Assembly: GCA_030390025.1 (NCBI GenBank)
Contig: JASTWF010000035.1
Span: 1,674,001 to 1,738,000 of the forward strand
DNA length: 64,000 nucleotides
Direction of reading: 5' to 3'
From: Squalus acanthias
Taxonomy: Eukaryota
Positions 49,424 through 61,570 of this stretch are shown here, one piece after another (the stretch's first letter is position 1; every line of letters starts with the position of its first letter). The notes below the pieces were generated by a model that saw only the letters and a program-made list of their open reading frames with translations, ran no database searches and was not told where the DNA came from. The translations under genes and the position numbers were made by a program.

Positions 49424-49919
49424 TTCTTCTTCTTCTTCTTCTTAGGCAGTCCCTCGGAACCGAGGATGACTTGCTTCCACACTAAAAATGAGTTCTCAGG
49501 TGACTGATGAGTCCAATGCGAGACCTACAGTCTCTGTCACAGGTGGGGCAGACGGTGGTTGAAGGGGCAGGTGGGTGGGGTGCTTGGGTTGACGTGCACT
49601 CCTTCCGTTGTTTGCGCTTGGTTTCCGCTTGCTCCTGGCGAAGAGACTCGAGGTGTTCGGCACCTTCCCGGATGCTTCTCCTCCACTTTGTGCGGTCTTG
49701 GGCCAGGGATTCCCAGGTGTCGGTGGGGATGTTGCACTTTTTCAAGGCGGCTTTGAGGGTGTCCTTGAAGCGTTTCCTCTGCCCACCTGGGGCTCTCTTG
49801 CCATGTCGGAGCTCCAAGTAGAGTGCTTGTTTTGAGAGTCTCGTATCGGGCATGCAGACGATGTGGCCCATCCATCGGAGCTGATCGAGCGTGGTCAAAG
49901 CTTCGATGCTGGGAATGTT
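49424..49919 (-). mobile_element. RTE-clade LINE 3' fragment
   Basis: QLRWMGHIVCMPDTR...GKRAPGGQRKRFKDTLK...WESLAQDRTKWR...CPTC...HLRTH; (GAA)n tail; 8-bp TSD tggctatc. Confidence 0.85.
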
Positions 49920-51027
49920 TGGCTATCATTACCCCTATTGCTCCCCCGCACTTTTACCGTCTCATTTTTCTTTGACTTTTTAAATTTCCGCTCAACGTAT
50001 CCCTCCCCCCTACTATTTATTTTAAAGCCCTATCTACAGCCCTAGTTATTCGATTTGCCAGGACACTGGTCCCAGCCTGGTTCAAATGAAGCCTGTCCCA
50101 ATGGAGCAGCTCCCTCTTATCCCAGTACTGGTGCCAGTGCCCCAGGAATCGAAACCCATTTCTCCCACACCAATCTTTGAGCCACTTGTTCATCTCTCTG
50201 ATCTTATTTACCTGATGCCAATTTGCACGTGGCTCAGGTAGTAATTCAGAGATTATTACCTTTACGGTTCTGCTTTTTAATTTAGCCCCCAGCTGCTCAT
50301 ACTCTCTCAGCAGAATTTCTTTTTTTGTCCTACCTATGTCGTTGGTACCTACATGAACCACTACAACTGGATCTTTCCCCTCCCACTCTAAGTTCCTCTC
50401 CAGCACAGAGGAGATGTCCTTTACCCTGGCAACACAGCCTTCGGGACTCACGCTCTTGGCTGCAGAGAACAGTGTCTATCAGCTCTTCGCGAACACTCCG
50501 TCACCTGAGACTGAAAGTATTCCATGTTTCTTTCCCCTTTCACTTTCTCAGCTTTTCACTGTTCTTTTAGTTCCTCTAACTCTTTTAACTGGCAGTCCAT
50601 CACTGTTTCTCTGTCGCTTGCCTTTCGTTTCAGTTGCTCAATCTCTCTGGATTGTTCATCCATCAACTTTTTATTTTGAACTAATTGTCTTTGATATGTT
50701 AAAGCGATATGGCTGTTAGCCTAAGAACATAAGAAATAGGAGCAGGAGTAGGCCATTTGGCTCCTCGAGCCTGCTCTGCCATTCAATGAGATCATGGCTG
50801 ATCTGGTCTTCGGCTCAGCTCCATTTCCCTGCCCGCTCTACCATGCCCCCTTTCCTTACGGACCTTCCGTCCATTCCTTTGCTTTTTGTACAGGGTCATC
50901 GTTCTGCACAATATCTCTAACCCATGATTTATCTGTATCGATTTTTCTGTGAACCTTTTTTGCTACCAAATCCTCCATACTTCTCACTTTCTTGTCATTG
51001 TTATAAAAAACGCTTTCCCCCCTCAAA

Positions 51028-51045
51028 GTCCCTTTGTGGTCGCCA
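51028..51045 (-). promoter_or_regulatory. Primer-binding site, tRNA-Arg(TCG)-like
   Basis: Minus strand TGGCGACCACAAAGGGAC versus TGGCGACCACGAAGGGAC, the complement of a recalled vertebrate tRNA-Arg(TCG) 3' end: 17/18 match, with the mismatch at a CpG. Confidence 0.75.
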
Positions 51046-51049
51046 TTTA

Positions 51050-51821
51050 TGTAAGCCTTTCTCTTACTACTGTTCGGACCTCGAGAATTACGAATAAGCA
51101 TAACAATGACAGATAAGTATGTGATCAATAAAATTGGTCTTTATTCACACTACAGTTCAAAATTCAAGTGTACATCGCAATCAATATGCACCCAATTTAC
51201 CTGTACATAAAAGTACTCCCCAGCAACTTATACGCTAACTCCTGGTGATTTATATCCCAAGTCAATCGTACATAAAAGTACCCTTTAACAATATCTAAGC
51301 TCTATGTTCTTTATACATACATACTCATACATACCCCTTTATCTCTGGGTGATCGGTCCGGAAAAGTCATAAGCTGCATACATAGACTGGCCAGCTTTCT
51401 TTGTTCGTCTGTTCTTTTATCTTCTTTATGAATTTCCCGCCTCTGGGTCACTTCTTTTATAGGGCCTTTCTGCCGGCCCCACTCGTATATCACCATCTGC
51501 CACCCTCTGATAGCTCAGTTTCACTCCAAACCTTCCCTGATTCGAGTTCCGGCCGCATGTCACATTCATGTTCCTGTGAGGTGTGTGGGGGCGGGACTTC
51601 CTCATCACTCGTGTTTCTCCTTCCTATCCATGTGGTCTTACAAACAAAGGACCATGATGACCACCAGGCAAAGGACCCTCTGCTGACTTCCGCCATTTTG
51701 TGTCCTCACAAACAAAGGAACATGCTGACTTCCGAGTATTCCATAAACATCTCACAATTCATTCTGAACTTCGATCTCCACACGGTAGCAGTGGTTTTAT
51801 TATGGTTTTTAGAATCTTACA
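51050..51821 (-). repeat. 5' LTR of the retrovirus-like element (772 bp)
   Basis: Minus strand begins TGTAAGATTC and ends GGCTTACA (6-bp terminal inverted repeat, TG...CA); TATAAAA at 51461-51455; AATAAA at 51145-51140; a PBS follows after 4 nt. Confidence 0.8.
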
Positions 51822-51846
51822 CAGGTTCCCTTCCCCAAAAGACATA

Positions 51847-52395
51847 TTGGGATTTTAGTGAACCAGTTGGGTTTTTAGTGAACCAGTTGGGTTTTTAGTG
51901 AACCAGTTGGGGTTTTAGTGAACCAGTTGGGGTTTTAGTGAACCAGTTGGGGTTTTAGTGAACCAGTTGGGTTTTTAGTGAACCAGTTGGGATTTTAGTG
52001 AACCAGTTGGGATTTTAGTGACCCAGTTGGGATTTTAGTGATCCAGTTGGGTTTTTAGTGAACCAGTTGGGATTTTAGTGATCCAGTTGGGTTTTTAGTG
52101 AACCAATTGGGATTTTAGTGAACCAGTTGGGTTTTTAGTGAACCAGTTGGGTTTTTAGTGAACCAGTTGGGATTTTAGTGATCCAGTTGGGATTTTAGTG
52201 ATCCAGTTGGGATTTTAGTGAACCAGTTGGGTTTTTAGTGAACCAGTTGGGTTTTTAGTGAACCAGTTGGGATTTTAGTGATCCAGTTGGGTTTTTAGTG
52301 AACCAGTTGGGATTTTAGTGAACCAGTTGGGTTTTTAGTGAACCAGTTGGGATTTTAGTGAACCAGTTGGGTTTTTAGTGAACCAGTTGGGTTTT
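51847..52395 (+). repeat. 20-bp tandem minisatellite, about 27 copies
   Basis: Unit ttggg(a/t/g)ttttagtga(a/t)ccag. Confidence 0.97.
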
Positions 52396-52739
52396 CAGTA
52401 AAAGTCCTGCAGCTTTCAAGCTCATTTTTCCTGGTGTCAACCTCAAAATTATCAGATTTACTGAATTCAGTTTCACAAATTGGTATTTGAACTCATGCTC
52501 TGTGTTGCTTGTCCAGTGCCAGAACCACTAGGCTACTGCACCCTGAGTACCTTGTACATTCCTGACCCCTGAATACAGATTACCAACTTCACCCAAAATA
52601 CTGAACACCCAGACACGTCACATATAACACACCTGACTGTCCAGGAATTTACAGATTTACTTTCAACTCACTCCTTCCCTGTCAGAAAAATTGCCCAATT
52701 AAAATGTCAGCGCGTTTCATTGCTGCCTTTGTTCTGCAG

Positions 52740-52935
52740 TTTATTTCAGCGGGAAAAATTTGTCGGCCGTTGATGGGAGAATGTGACTTGCCAGAGTTCT
52801 GTACGGGCAGCTTCTCGGATTGCCCCAGCAATACGTATATGAAAGATGGCCGCCCATGCAGTAACGGAAACTTGTACTGCAGCGAGGGGGTCTGTCAGTC
52901 CGCGGATAAACAGTGCGAGGAGATCTGGGGTGACG
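52740..52935 (+). CDS. ADAM15: ADAM exon, disintegrin loop and start of cysteine-rich domain
   Basis: ttctgcag acceptor and G|gtgag donor; 196 nt, phase 0/1; FISAGKICRPLMGECDLPEFCTGSFSDCPSNTYMKDGRPC...YCSEGVCQSADKQCEEIWGD. Confidence 0.85.
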
Positions 52936-53264
52936 GTGAGTACAGGCTACCAGAATTCTCCATACTGTTACAGCACAGTCCCACTCATGCACTCAGCATG
53001 AGCTTTGTCAAGTGTACGTATGTGATTGGATGGATGCCCTGAGCCTCAAAGCACCCACAATTCCCTGCGAATCCATGATCCCAACCTTGCCGACAGAGTC
53101 TGTACGGGAGTGAGAGCAGGCGGCTGGAGAAAAATCAAAACACGTACAATTGGCACTATGTTGGCACGAGCCAGGAAGGGGAATGGAAATGCCAAACTAA
53201 TGCAGTGGGTGTGCTGGGGATCAGTGGTTGGCTTAAAAGGATCACAAACTCTGTTCCTTAGCTA

Positions 53265-55017
53265 CTGACTCCATCCCTCTCCCTGGCAATGTCTGAGGTT
53301 GAACCAGGTTATTCGCAACCTTGCTGTCATATTTGACCCCAAGATGAGCTTCCGACCACATATCCGCGCCATCACTAAGACCGCCAATTTCTACCTCTGT
53401 AACATTGCTCGACTCTGCCCCTGCCTCAGCTCATCTGCTGCTGAAACCCTCATCTATGCCTTTGTTACCTCTGAACTTGACTACTCCAACACATGCCTGG
53501 CCGGCCTCCCATCTTCCACCCTCCATAAACAGAGGCCATCCAAAACTCTGCTACTCGTAGAATCATAGTCATAGAGTCATAACGGCACAGACGGAGGCCA
53601 TTCGGCCCATCTAGTCCATGCTGGCTCTCTGTAGAGCAATCCATTCAGTCCCATTCCCCCGCTCTATCCCCGTATCCTAACTCACACTAAGTCACGTTCA
53701 CCCATCACCCCTGTGCTCGTTGATCTACATTGGCTCCCAGTTAAGCAACGCCAAGATTTTAAAATACTAATCCTTGTTTTCAAATCCCTCCCTATCTCTG
53801 TAACCTCCTCAACTCTTACAACCCTCAGAGATCTCTGCGCTCCTCCAATTCTGGTCACTTGAGCATCCCCGATTTTATTCGCTCCATCATTGGTGGCCGT
53901 GCTTTCAGCTGCCAAGGCCCTAAGCTTTGGAATTCCCTCCCTAAACCTCTTTGCTTCTCTACCTCACTTTCCTCCTTTAAGCTGCTCCTTACTAAAATCG
54001 GCTGTGTGGTTGATACTGAAGAAAGAAGCTGTAGACTGCAGGAAGATATCAATAAATTGGTCAGGTGGGCAGAACAGTGGCAAATGGAATTCAATCCGGG
54101 AAAGTGTGAGGTAATGCATTTGGGGAGGGCTAACAAGGAAAGGGAATACACATTAAATGGTGGGACACTGAGTAGTGTAGAGGAACAAAGGGACCTTGGA
54201 GTGCATGTCCACAGATCCCTGAAGATAGCAGGCCAGGTAGATAAGGTGGTTAAGAAGGCATACAGAATGCTTGCCTTTATTAGCCGTGGCATAGAATACA
54301 AGAGCAGGGGGGTTCTGCTTCAACTGTATAAAACACTAGTTAGGCCTCAGCTAGAGTACTGTGTGCAGTTCTGGTCACCGCATTACAGGAAAGATGTGAT
54401 TGCACTAGAGAGGGTACAGAGGAGATTTACAAGGATGTTGCCGGGAGTAGAGAATCTTAGCTATGAGGAGAGACTGCATAGGCTGGGTCTATTTTCCTTG
54501 GAACAGAGGAGGCTGAGGGGAGACCTTATTGAGGTGTATAAAATTATAAGGGGAACAGATAAAGTGGATAGAAAGGACCTATTTCCCTTAGCAGAGAGGT
54601 CAAAAACCAGGGGGCACAGATTTAAAGTAATTGGTGGAAGGTTTAGAGGGGATTTGAGGGGAAATTTCTTCACCCAGAGGGTTGTGGGGGTCTGGAACTC
54701 ACTGCCTGAAAGGGTGGTAGAGGCAGAAACCCTAACCACATTTAAAAAGTACTTGGATGTGCACTTGGGATGCTCTAACCTGCAGGGCTACGGACCAAGA
54801 GCTGGGAAGTGGGATTAGGCTGGATAGCTCTTTGTTGGTCAGCGCGGACACGATGGGCCAAAATGGCCTCCTTCTGTGCTGTAACTTTCTATGATTCTGT
54901 GATTAAAACCTTCTTAAATGTGGCTCGGTGTCAACTTTTGTTTTATAACGTTCCTGTGAAGCATCTTGGGAAGTTTTACTGCGTTAAATGCACTATATAA
55001 ATACAAATTGTTGTTGT
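53265..55017 (+). mobile_element. L2 LINE 3' part, interrupted by CR1 fragments (53558-53675 and 53990-54900)
   Basis: RNLAVIFD...FYLCNIARL...ETLIYAFVTSELDYSN, LHWLPV, GGRAFS...LWNSLP; L2-like tail ending in ttgttgttg. Confidence 0.8.
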
Positions 55018-55591
55018 ATTTGAGTCAATCCCTTTGTCTCTCTTGTTCTCTCTATTTCACACTTACTGTTTCTCTGTTATTTACAATCACTCGGGGGCAG
55101 GCTGGGGAGGAGTCTCAAGTGGAGCACAGAATGGTCTGCACAGAGCGGGATTAAACGGACTGGACTTGAACAGAGTGTTTTATTTGGGAATTTGGAAAGA
55201 GTGGGAATTTGGGGAAGAGTGGGAAGGAGTTGTTGCTTTTTGCCTACACTACTTGTAGTGCTTTGTGTTACAGGTAGATATTTAATTTCAGTACCCTTAA
55301 CTTAAGCTAGATCAAGTAAGTAGTCAAAAAACTACACTGTAAACTAAGTTACCCAATTACAAATTTAATTACATTTAATTAAATAAATCAAGGTCATATC
55401 GGGATGACAGTGCAGGTGGTGTGCCACAACTGCAGCATGTGGGAGTTTGTGGAGAGCATTGTGAACCCGGCAACCACGTTTGCAGTAAAAGTGCCTGCAT
55501 CTTGAGGAACTTCAGCTCCGAGTTTTTGAGCTGGAATCTGAGGTGCAGATATTGTGGGCGTCAGGGATAGGGAGCGTTACCTGGACACTGT

Positions 55592-56996
55592 GGGAGCGAT
55601 TGTCTGACGTTGGAGGAGGCGGGTTTGGAGGCGGGAAAGGCAGAATAATCAGAATCGAAGAGATCGGGTTCGGAACCCGCCTCCAACCCGCCTCCGTGGG
55701 ATTTTGCCGGTGCCGGTTTTGGAGATCGGGACACGCTCCCGCCTCCAGCTGGCCATTGCGCTATTAAAGATCCTTAAATGCTCGTTAAGGGCCTCTCTAA
55801 GCCTATTTTGAGAGGCCTTCATGATTTTTCCAGCTTTTTGCCATGCTCCACGCACCTCCTGAACCAGGCCAGGTAAACCTGGCGGGTTGACTCATGGGTG
55901 GCCTCCTCACTGCTGCAGGTCTAACAAGACATCGTTTATTGCAGCAAGGATTACTTGCAGGTGCCAGACCTTGGCTTTAAAAGGTCTCTGAGCACTTTTA
56001 GAAGGCCTTAAGAAGTCGGAGGTGCTGCAGCTTGACTTCATCAACTGTGGGACCTCCTTGGAAGACCCTCTCCCCGCTTGCAATGAGCGCTTCCCCAAAG
56101 GAGGCATCTACAAACAGCATGGGAACCATTCGTTTTCTTTCTGCATGGACCTCAGATGAGGATGAGGAGGAGGAAGAGGAGCAGGAGGAGGACAGAGCGC
56201 CGGTGTATTGACCAGCGGCAGCGGCAGCACGCGAGCACATGGCTGCCCGGGATGCAAGGGATGAACTTATCATGGCCAGATTTGCATAGGTTGCCCAAGT
56301 TGGCACATGTCCTTGGCTCCATCCTAGGACATCACTGACAATGGACATGACTCTCTGGCCTCCTTTCACTCAGGCCACCAACCTGACAACGCAAGTGTGG
56401 TGGAGCCCACAATGTGGAGCTGCCTCAGGCGAAAGAACAGATGCCATCACGCCAACATTTTGGCTTCAAATCATTTTAATGCTTTCCAACAGGGATGGCA
56501 TTTCATCAATATACTGAAACAGTCTCCCAATCTGCACACAGATCTGGAGGTTATATCCCTTGCCAGCTGTACCCACACAGCCTTGGTTTCTTTGGCCTCT
56601 TCCTCCGAGATGAGTGGAAGAGCACCTCCCTGCCAGCGCTCACCCCCTCAAACAACATTTGCAGCACCTCATCCAAGAGCCTTGTGGAGGCCCTTGCCTT
56701 GGAATTGGACATAGTGGTTTCTCAAAAGATGTTGGAAGTGGTGCAGGAGATGCAGAAATGCTGTGGAATGAGCCAAGGGAGCAAGAAGCCATAAAATCAG
56801 ACTGGAAAAGTGCTGTCAACAGAGGCGAGTTTCAGTCCCAAAACACTAATTGAGCAAGGGCATCCCACACCTCTGAAATCAAGTGGACAATCAGGGGAAA
56901 ATCGCAAATTTTTGAAACCTATCAGTGGAGGCGAGTTTCAAACCCACTCAAACTGAAACCCACCTCCATCTCGCCTCCAGTGGGAAAATCGCCCCC
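55592..56996. mobile_element. GC-rich Harbinger-like non-autonomous element
   Basis: Ends GGGAGCGATT...AATCGCCCCC; interrupts CR1 ORF1. Confidence 0.65.
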
Positions 56997-59787
56997 TTTG
57001 ATCCAGGAGGCAGTCACACCCCTTAGGTTAGGTAGTGGTACAGGTCTGGTTAGTGGTCAGGGTGTGACTGTAACTCAGGCAGGTAAGGGGACCCCAGGTG
57101 CAGTGCTGGAGGAGCCTCAGCCTTTGCCCTTGTCCAACAGGTATGAGATTCTTGCTGCCTGTGTGGATGAGGGAAAAGCCTGCAGGACGACCATGGCACC
57201 ATGGTGCAGGAGGCCGTTCAAGTGGGGGGAGTGAAAAGGAATGTAGTTGTGGTAGGGGACAGTATAGTCAGGGGGCTAGATACTGTTCTCTGCAGTCGCG
57301 ACCGAGAGTTCCGAAGGTTGTGTTGCCTGCCCCGGTGCCAGGGTTAAAGACATCTCCTCGCGGCTGGAGAAGAACTTGGAGTGGGAAGGGGAGGATCCAG
57401 TTGTTGTGGTCTGAGTAGGAACCAACGACATAGGTAGAACTAGGAATGAGGTTCTGCTGAGGGAGTTTGAGGAGCTAGGATCCAAATTAAAAAACAGAAC
57501 CGCAAAGGAAATAATCTCTGGATTGTTACCTGAGCCACGTGCAAATTGGCATCGGGACAAACAGATTAGAGGTTTAATTGCGTGGCTCAAAGAGTGGTGT
57601 GGGAGGAAGGGGTTTCAGTTCATCGGGCACTGGCATCAGTACTGGGGAAAGAGGGAGCTGTTCCGTTGGGGCGGGCTCCACTTAAACCGGGCTGGAACCA
57701 GTGTCCTGGTGAACTGAATAACTAGGGCAGTCGACCAGGCTTTAAACTAATGAAGGGGGGTGAGAGCCTTCAGGAAAGAGTAAATTTAAAAGCAGTAAGA
57801 GAAATGTCAAGGCTCTAGAGCAGAGTAGAGTTTTGGGTTAAAATAAGCAGAGTGGGTCAGGAAGGGACAGAGAGAGTAACAAAGGTAATAAGGCAGCAGT
57901 GACTAAGGTGACATCAGGGAAAAATAGAAATATGTCAAAACTAAAGGCACTATATCTGAATGCACAAAGCATTCGCAACAAAATAGATGAATTAATAGCG
58001 CAGATAGAAAGTTACAGGTTTGATCTAATAGTCATAATGGAGACGAGTTTGCAACGGTTGGGAACTAAATATACCAGGATACTTAACTTACATTGGATTA
58101 TATAGGATTACATAGGATAGACGGCACAGAAACAGGCCATTCAGCCCAACCAGTCCATGCCGGCGTTTATGCTCCACTCGAGCCTCCTCCCATCTTTCCT
58201 CATCTAAATCTATCAGCATAACCCTCTATTCCCTTTTCCCTCATATGCTTGTCTAGCCTTCCCTTAAATGCATCTATACTATTCGCTTCAACCACTCCCT
58301 GTGGTAGCGAGTTCCACGTTCTCACCACTCTTTGGGTAAAGAAGTTTCTTCTGAATTCCCTATTGAATTTCTTGGTGACTATCTTATATTGATGGCCTCT
58401 AGTTATGCTCTTCCCCACAAGTAGAAACATTCTCTCTTTATCCATTTTATCAAAACTTTTCATAATTATAAAGACCTCTATTAGGTCTCTTCTCAGCCTT
58501 CTTTTTTCAAGAGAAAAGAGACCCAGCCTGTTCACCCTTTCCTGATATGTATACCCTCGCATTTCTGGTATCATCCTTGTAAATCTTCTCTGCACTCTCT
58601 CCAGTGCCTCTATATCCTTTTTATAATATGGCGACCAGAATTGTACGCAGTACTCCAAGTGTGGTCTAATCAAGGTTCGATACAGGTTTAGCATAACTTC
58701 CCTACTTTTCAATTCTATCCCTCTCGAAATAAACCCTAGTGCTTGGTTTGCTTTTTTTATGGCCTTGCTAACCTGTGTTGCAACTTTTAGTGATTTGTGT
58801 ATTTGTACTACTAGATCCCTTTGTTCCTCTACCTCACGTAGACTTGCACCCTCCAAGTGATAAGTGACCTCCCTATTCTTCCTACCAAAATGTAATACCT
58901 CACATTTATCTGTGTTGGTGGGAGTTGTTTATAGGCCCCCAAACAGTAGTTGTAATGTAGGGCAGAGTATAAATCAGGAAATTAGAGGCGCATGTAACAA
59001 GGGTAATAAAGTGATCATGGGGGACTTTAATCTACATATAGACTGGGCAAACCAAATTTGCAGTAATACTGTGGAGGATGAATTCATGGAATATATGCAA
59101 GATAGTTTTCTCGATCAGTATGTTGAGGAACCAAATAGGGAACAGGCTATTTTAGATCTAATATTGTGCAATGAGAAAGAGTTAATTAATAACCTTGTAG
59201 TAAAGGGGCCTTTAGGGAAGAGTGACCATAATATGATAGAATTTTATATTGAGTTTGAAAGTGATTTAGTTAAATCCGAAATTAGGGTCTTAAATCTAAA
59301 CAAAGCAAACTACGTAGGTATGAGGGGCGAGTTGGCTAAGGTAGATTGGGAAACTATATTAAAAGGTATGACGGTAGACAAGCAATGGCTAGCATCTAAA
59401 GAATTAATACATAATTTGCAACAAATATACATTCCTTTAAGGCACAAAAACCCCACATAAAAAGTGGTCCAACCGTGGCTAACAAGGAAAGTTAAAGATA
59501 GTATTAGATCAAAGGAAGAGGCTTATAGTATTGCCAGAAAGAGCAGTAAGCATGAGGATTGGGAGGATTTTAGAATTCAGCAAAGGAGGACCAAGAAATT
59601 GATAAAGAAAGGGTAACTAGAATATGAGAGTAAATTAGTGAGAGACATAAAAACAGACTGTAAAAGCTTCCACAGGTATGTAAAAAGGAAAAGATTAGCG
59701 AAAGCAAATGTGGGTTCCTTACAGGCTGAGACAGGAGAAATTATAATGGGGAATAAGGAAATGGCAGAGAAATTAAACAAATACTTT

Positions 59788-61570
59788 GGCCGTGATTTTA
59801 TCATCGGTGTAGGGATGGTGGCGGGAGAGCTGGTTTCCGGGTTCCAGTCACGATCTTGGCTGCATCCGCTCTGTCAAAGGGATTTTCCCTTGATTGGCCT
59901 TGTTAAGCCTGCCCTGTGGGCTTCCCGGCCAATTTAACAGGAAGCAGGTCTGATGACGTCATTTGATGATGCGTCATCAGCCGGTTTCCTTAAAGGGACC
60001 ACAGCCACATTGAGTTTGACAGTTGTTCTGTCAGTGTTTGACAGCATTGAGGTGCTGCAAACGCTAAAGAGCACTGCACAAAGTTGGACGCTTGCACCCA
60101 GGCTCTTAAATGACTCCCTTCATATGCTTATGGAGGGAGTCACAGCACTCAGGGAGGTTCTCTTCCCTTCCAAGGGCGGAAGAGACCTCCCCAGGAGACC
60201 AACGCAGCCTGTTTGCACATTGCACAGGAGGGCAAAAGCAGGGATGTCGTCAGGGGTCCCTGGCTGCACTGGCGCAAACCTTTCAATGATCTCAGTGGAT
60301 CACGAAATGTTACTGCAAACCCACTCTCAAACTCACCCTGCTGTGCCACTCAACACATCCCCATCACTCTGCCTTCCATACCCTTCTCCAGCACATCCTT
60401 ACTCACACCAACTTACCTTGCATCTCCACCCATCCCTCTCTATCTACATTATCACATCCCCATCTCACTCGCTACCCCTCACACTCACCCTCATCCAACT
60501 ACAATCATACCACCTAACAACACACAAGGGTGGGCACTTGAGAGGTTTAGCCAATGTCCATGTGAAGTGTCTGGTAATGTGTTGTCATACAGTGAAATCT
60601 GTATTTTCAACACAACCTCTTATTGGACAGATCTGTGCGCACCTTGAGAAGTGTCTTACTGAGTTCCAATGAATGTTGAGACATAACTTCCTCCCCACAA
60701 CCCCCCCCCCCCCACCCCCGGCTATAGTGATGAGTGTGCATGGAATTGATTGGACATTAAAGGGATGTTTCACGGTGCTGGTGTGGGATGGTGTCAACCT
60801 GCGCATCATGTGGCAGCCAGGGTTAACAGTATCAAGTGATGTAAATCTGGCAATGGTGATGCCATCGCTGGCCTCCCAGGCAGCAATGTTGTCGGGGCTG
60901 ACGCCCTGTGTCCTGTGCATGGTGGAGAAGGCTGGTGATGTTGGTGTGCCTGGTGATGTTGGTGTTGGGGCTGATCGTGGAGGGATTCAGAGGACCAAGT
61001 TTTGATTTTTTCAAGGGCATGTTGCTGCAATAGATGGCAGCTGCAGGTGAGATGACAGAAACGATCTGTCAATAGTGAGAGAGGTTGTTCTAATGAGGTG
61101 GCACTGGACATACAGTTGCCTCTAAACACTTGCAAGCTAAAGAAATCTCTATACGTATTACAAATGAAGTAACCAACAGTTTCTGCGCCGTGAAACTGAC
61201 CATCTACAACATGGCATCCTTTACACCACTTCTGCAGCTGTCAGCTTATCAGAAACATCAGAGCAGACTCAAAACACGGCAGGTTGAGCTGGCGTGTTCC
61301 CCGAGCAGCGGGTAACCCGTGGGGGAGAACGTAAAATTGGAAGGAAGCCTCAAAATAGTCTTAAATTGGCTCTGAACAAGCCATTTAAGTAGCTGAATTC
61401 TCTCCCCCGCCGCTTGGTGTCGGGTCAGTTCTCCACTGACAGACCCGACACCTGGGAGACTCGCGTGGAGACAGGTTGACAGCAGGTTTCCTACCCGCTG
61501 TCAATCTTTGTTATTTTGACAATGGACCCGCCTCCAAACCCGCCCTCTGAGTGCCGGCAAAATTCCGGCC
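59788..61570 (+). mobile_element. Harbinger-type element with a Myb/SANT-like ORF remnant
   Basis: TIRs GGCCGTGATTTT...AAAATTCCGGCC; TTT TSD; APRLLNDSLHMLMEGVTALREVLFP and HIAQE...RGPWLHWRKPFNDL at about 60090-60295. Confidence 0.8.

Larger units (their letters stand above)
45452..50475 (-). mobile_element. Decayed CR1 (ORF1 esterase end plus ORF2) inserted into the gag-like region
   Basis: VHVGTND esterase, LNARSIRNK EN, RT 45546-47087; tail at about 45452. Confidence 0.9.
44825..50978 (-). pseudogene. gag-like ORF remnant in pieces (50978-50840, 50720-50476, 45450-44825)
   Basis: ATG 50 nt after the PBS (MEDLVAKKVHRKID...); coiled-coil segments QRQLVQNKKLMDEQSREIEQLKRK...LKELEELKEQ* and DEWQKESHK...KEELSNVKTALKVLR...DHTKCRKEIE*LKARL; then a Pro-rich linker (LRPPLEVPEPPVPP). 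Gag identity is inferred from position. Confidence 0.6.
41165..51821 (-). mobile_element. Decayed env-bearing LTR element / endogenous retrovirus-like provirus, interrupted by CR1, RTE and Penelope-derived insertions; 3' end missing
   Basis: Colinear on the minus strand: LTR (51821-51050), PBS (51045-51028), gag-like pieces, integrase remnant, env-like ORF. Confidence 0.8.

Noticed and set aside
51847..52395. CRISPR-like regular repeat
   Set aside because: Head-to-tail 20-mers with no unique spacers, no cas genes, eukaryotic context.
53859..54818. 319-aa ORF as an L2-CR1 fusion gene
   Set aside because: Chance in-frame junction of a CR1 3' fragment inserted in a decayed L2; no proper start and RT incomplete.
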